Assembly: GCA_963744995.1 (NCBI GenBank)
Contig: CAVUWA010000002.1
Coordinates: 416,001-480,000 of the forward strand
Direction: 5' to 3'
DNA: 64,000 nt
Source of the DNA: Candidatus Eiseniibacteriota bacterium
GTDB lineage: Bacteria > Eisenbacteria > RBG-16-71-46
Every line of letters begins with the position of its first letter. The stretch's first letter is position 1. A program made the position numbers and the translations under genes. The notes under the pieces were generated by a model. The model had not been told where the DNA came from and ran no database searches. It worked only from the letters and a program-made list of their open reading frames with translations. Below, in pieces: positions 62,979-64,000 of this stretch.

Positions 62979-64000
62979 ATGACGGCTCAACGCAACCGTA
63001 CCCGCTGGCTGCGCCGGGTCGCCCTGCTGCTCGGGCTTCTGCCGATCCTGTTCCTGATCGGGTGCACCCTCCAGGAATACCCGCAGAGCTCGCTGAACCC
63101 GCAGGCCGACTACGCACAGAAGATCCAACACATCCTGGAGCTGCAGACCACCTGGGTCGTGATCATCTTCGTGGTGGTTCAGGTGCTGCTGATCGTCGCG
63201 GTGGTGCGCTTCCGCAGCCGCCCCGGATCACCCGATCCCAAGCCGGTGCACGGCAATACGGCGCTCGAGATCGCCTGGACGATCGCCCCGGCCGTGATCC
63301 TCACGATGGTCGCGATCCCCACGGTGCTCACGATCTACGAGACGCAGACCGACCCGCCCGCCGACGCGACCCACGTCACCGTCGTCGGACACCAGTGGTG
63401 GTGGGAGTTCCAGTATCCGCAGGAGAACTTCGTCACCGCGAGCGAGATGGTGGTGCCGGTCGACAAGCCGGTCGTGATGGACATCAAGACCGCCGACGTC
63501 CTCCACAGCTTCTGGTTCCCGGCGATGGGCGGCAAACGCGATGCGATCGGCGGGCACGTGAACCACATGTGGTTCACGCCCGAGTCGCTCGGCGTGTTCC
63601 CCGGACAGTGCGCCGAGCTGTGCGGCGTCTCGCACGCCAACATGCGGATGCTGATCAAGGTGGTGACTCCGGCCGAGTACGGCGAGTGGGTGGCGCACCA
63701 GCAGCAGCCGCCCGCGGTGCCGGACTCCGGCTCGCTCGAGGCGCAGGGCCTCGCGCTGTTCCGCACCAGCGCCTGCATCGCCTGCCACGCCATCCAGGGC
63801 GTCTCGGGCGGTTCGATCGGCCCCAATCTCACCCACGTCGGCAGCCGGCCGACGCTCGCGGGCGGCATGTTCGAGAACACGCCGGACGCGATGGAGGCCT
63901 GGATCATGGACGCCCCCGGCCGTAAGCCCGGGGTGAAGATGCTGTCGCTCGACCAGATGCAGATGAAGCCCGAACAGGTGAAGCCCATCGTGGCCTACCT
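62979..64000 (+). CDS. ctaC: Cytochrome c oxidase subunit II with fused cytochrome c (caa3 type), truncated by window edge
   Basis: Not in ORF track (no stop in window); lipobox LIGC, HGNTALEIAWT, GHQWWWEFQY, DVLHSFW, GQCAELCGVSHANM (CuA), CIACH; AAGGAG RBS. Confidence 0.95.
   Translation, partial: MTAQRNRTRWLRRVALLLGLLPILFLIGCTLQEYPQSSLNPQADYAQKIQHILELQTTWVVIIFVVVQVLLIVAVVRFRSRPGSPDPKPVHGNTALEIAWTIAPAVILTMVAIPTVLTIYETQTDPPADATHVTVVGHQWWWEFQYPQENFVTASEMVVPVDKPVVMDIKTADVLHSFWFPAMGGKRDAIGGHVNHMWFTPESLGVFPGQCAELCGVSHANMRMLIKVVTPAEYGEWVAHQQQPPAVPDSGSLEAQGLALFRTSACIACHAIQGVSGGSIGPNLTHVGSRPTLAGGMFENTPDAMEAWIMDAPGRKPGVKMLSLDQMQMKPEQVKPIVAY

Overview
High-GC bacterial chromosomal window with no rRNA, tRNA, CRISPR array, transposase or integrase that I can recognise. 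A C-terminal TSWGRLKSYYR motif and the overall gene style suggest a Candidatus Eisenbacteria-like organism; this is inference only. From left to right the window holds: (1) an accessory-looking signalling and secreted-protein region (ECF sigma factor, two Ser/Thr kinases, several exported proteins, gene remnants); (2) an NCS1 transporter, a STAS protein and a DCC1-LMF fusion; (3) furA-katG; (4) a clade II nitrous oxide reduction cluster (cytochrome c-nosZ-nosD-nosF-nosL-nosY-nosB-like) ending in an Rrf2 regulator; (5) a suf Fe-S assembly operon headed by an unusual Cys-rich MerR regulator with a palindromic operator; (6) VIT1, GNAT, a beta-barrel, about 1 kb without a convincing gene that carries a sigma-54 promoter, and a GT2; (7) an HExxH protein-NUDIX-small membrane protein-SDR run, two GIDE-like genes plus lemA, and hsp20-lon; (8) GH1, CMD, hydrolase, MFS, squalene/phytoene synthase, a GH-CBM protein, CPBP-TetR, GNAT, DUF2339 and a membrane glycosyltransferase; (9) the start of a ctaA-ctaB-ctaC (caa3-type oxidase) cluster. 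Six apparent small indels split five otherwise intact genes (katG twice), most plausibly long-read sequencing errors. The best candidates for novel biology are the MerR-type suf regulator, the Rrf2-linked nos cluster with its promoter inverted repeats, the HExxH protein with a clamp-binding-like motif next to a mutT-like gene, the orphan sigma-54 promoter, and two cases of diverged gene 3'-end duplications flanking cargo DNA. All family assignments come from motif recognition, not database searches.
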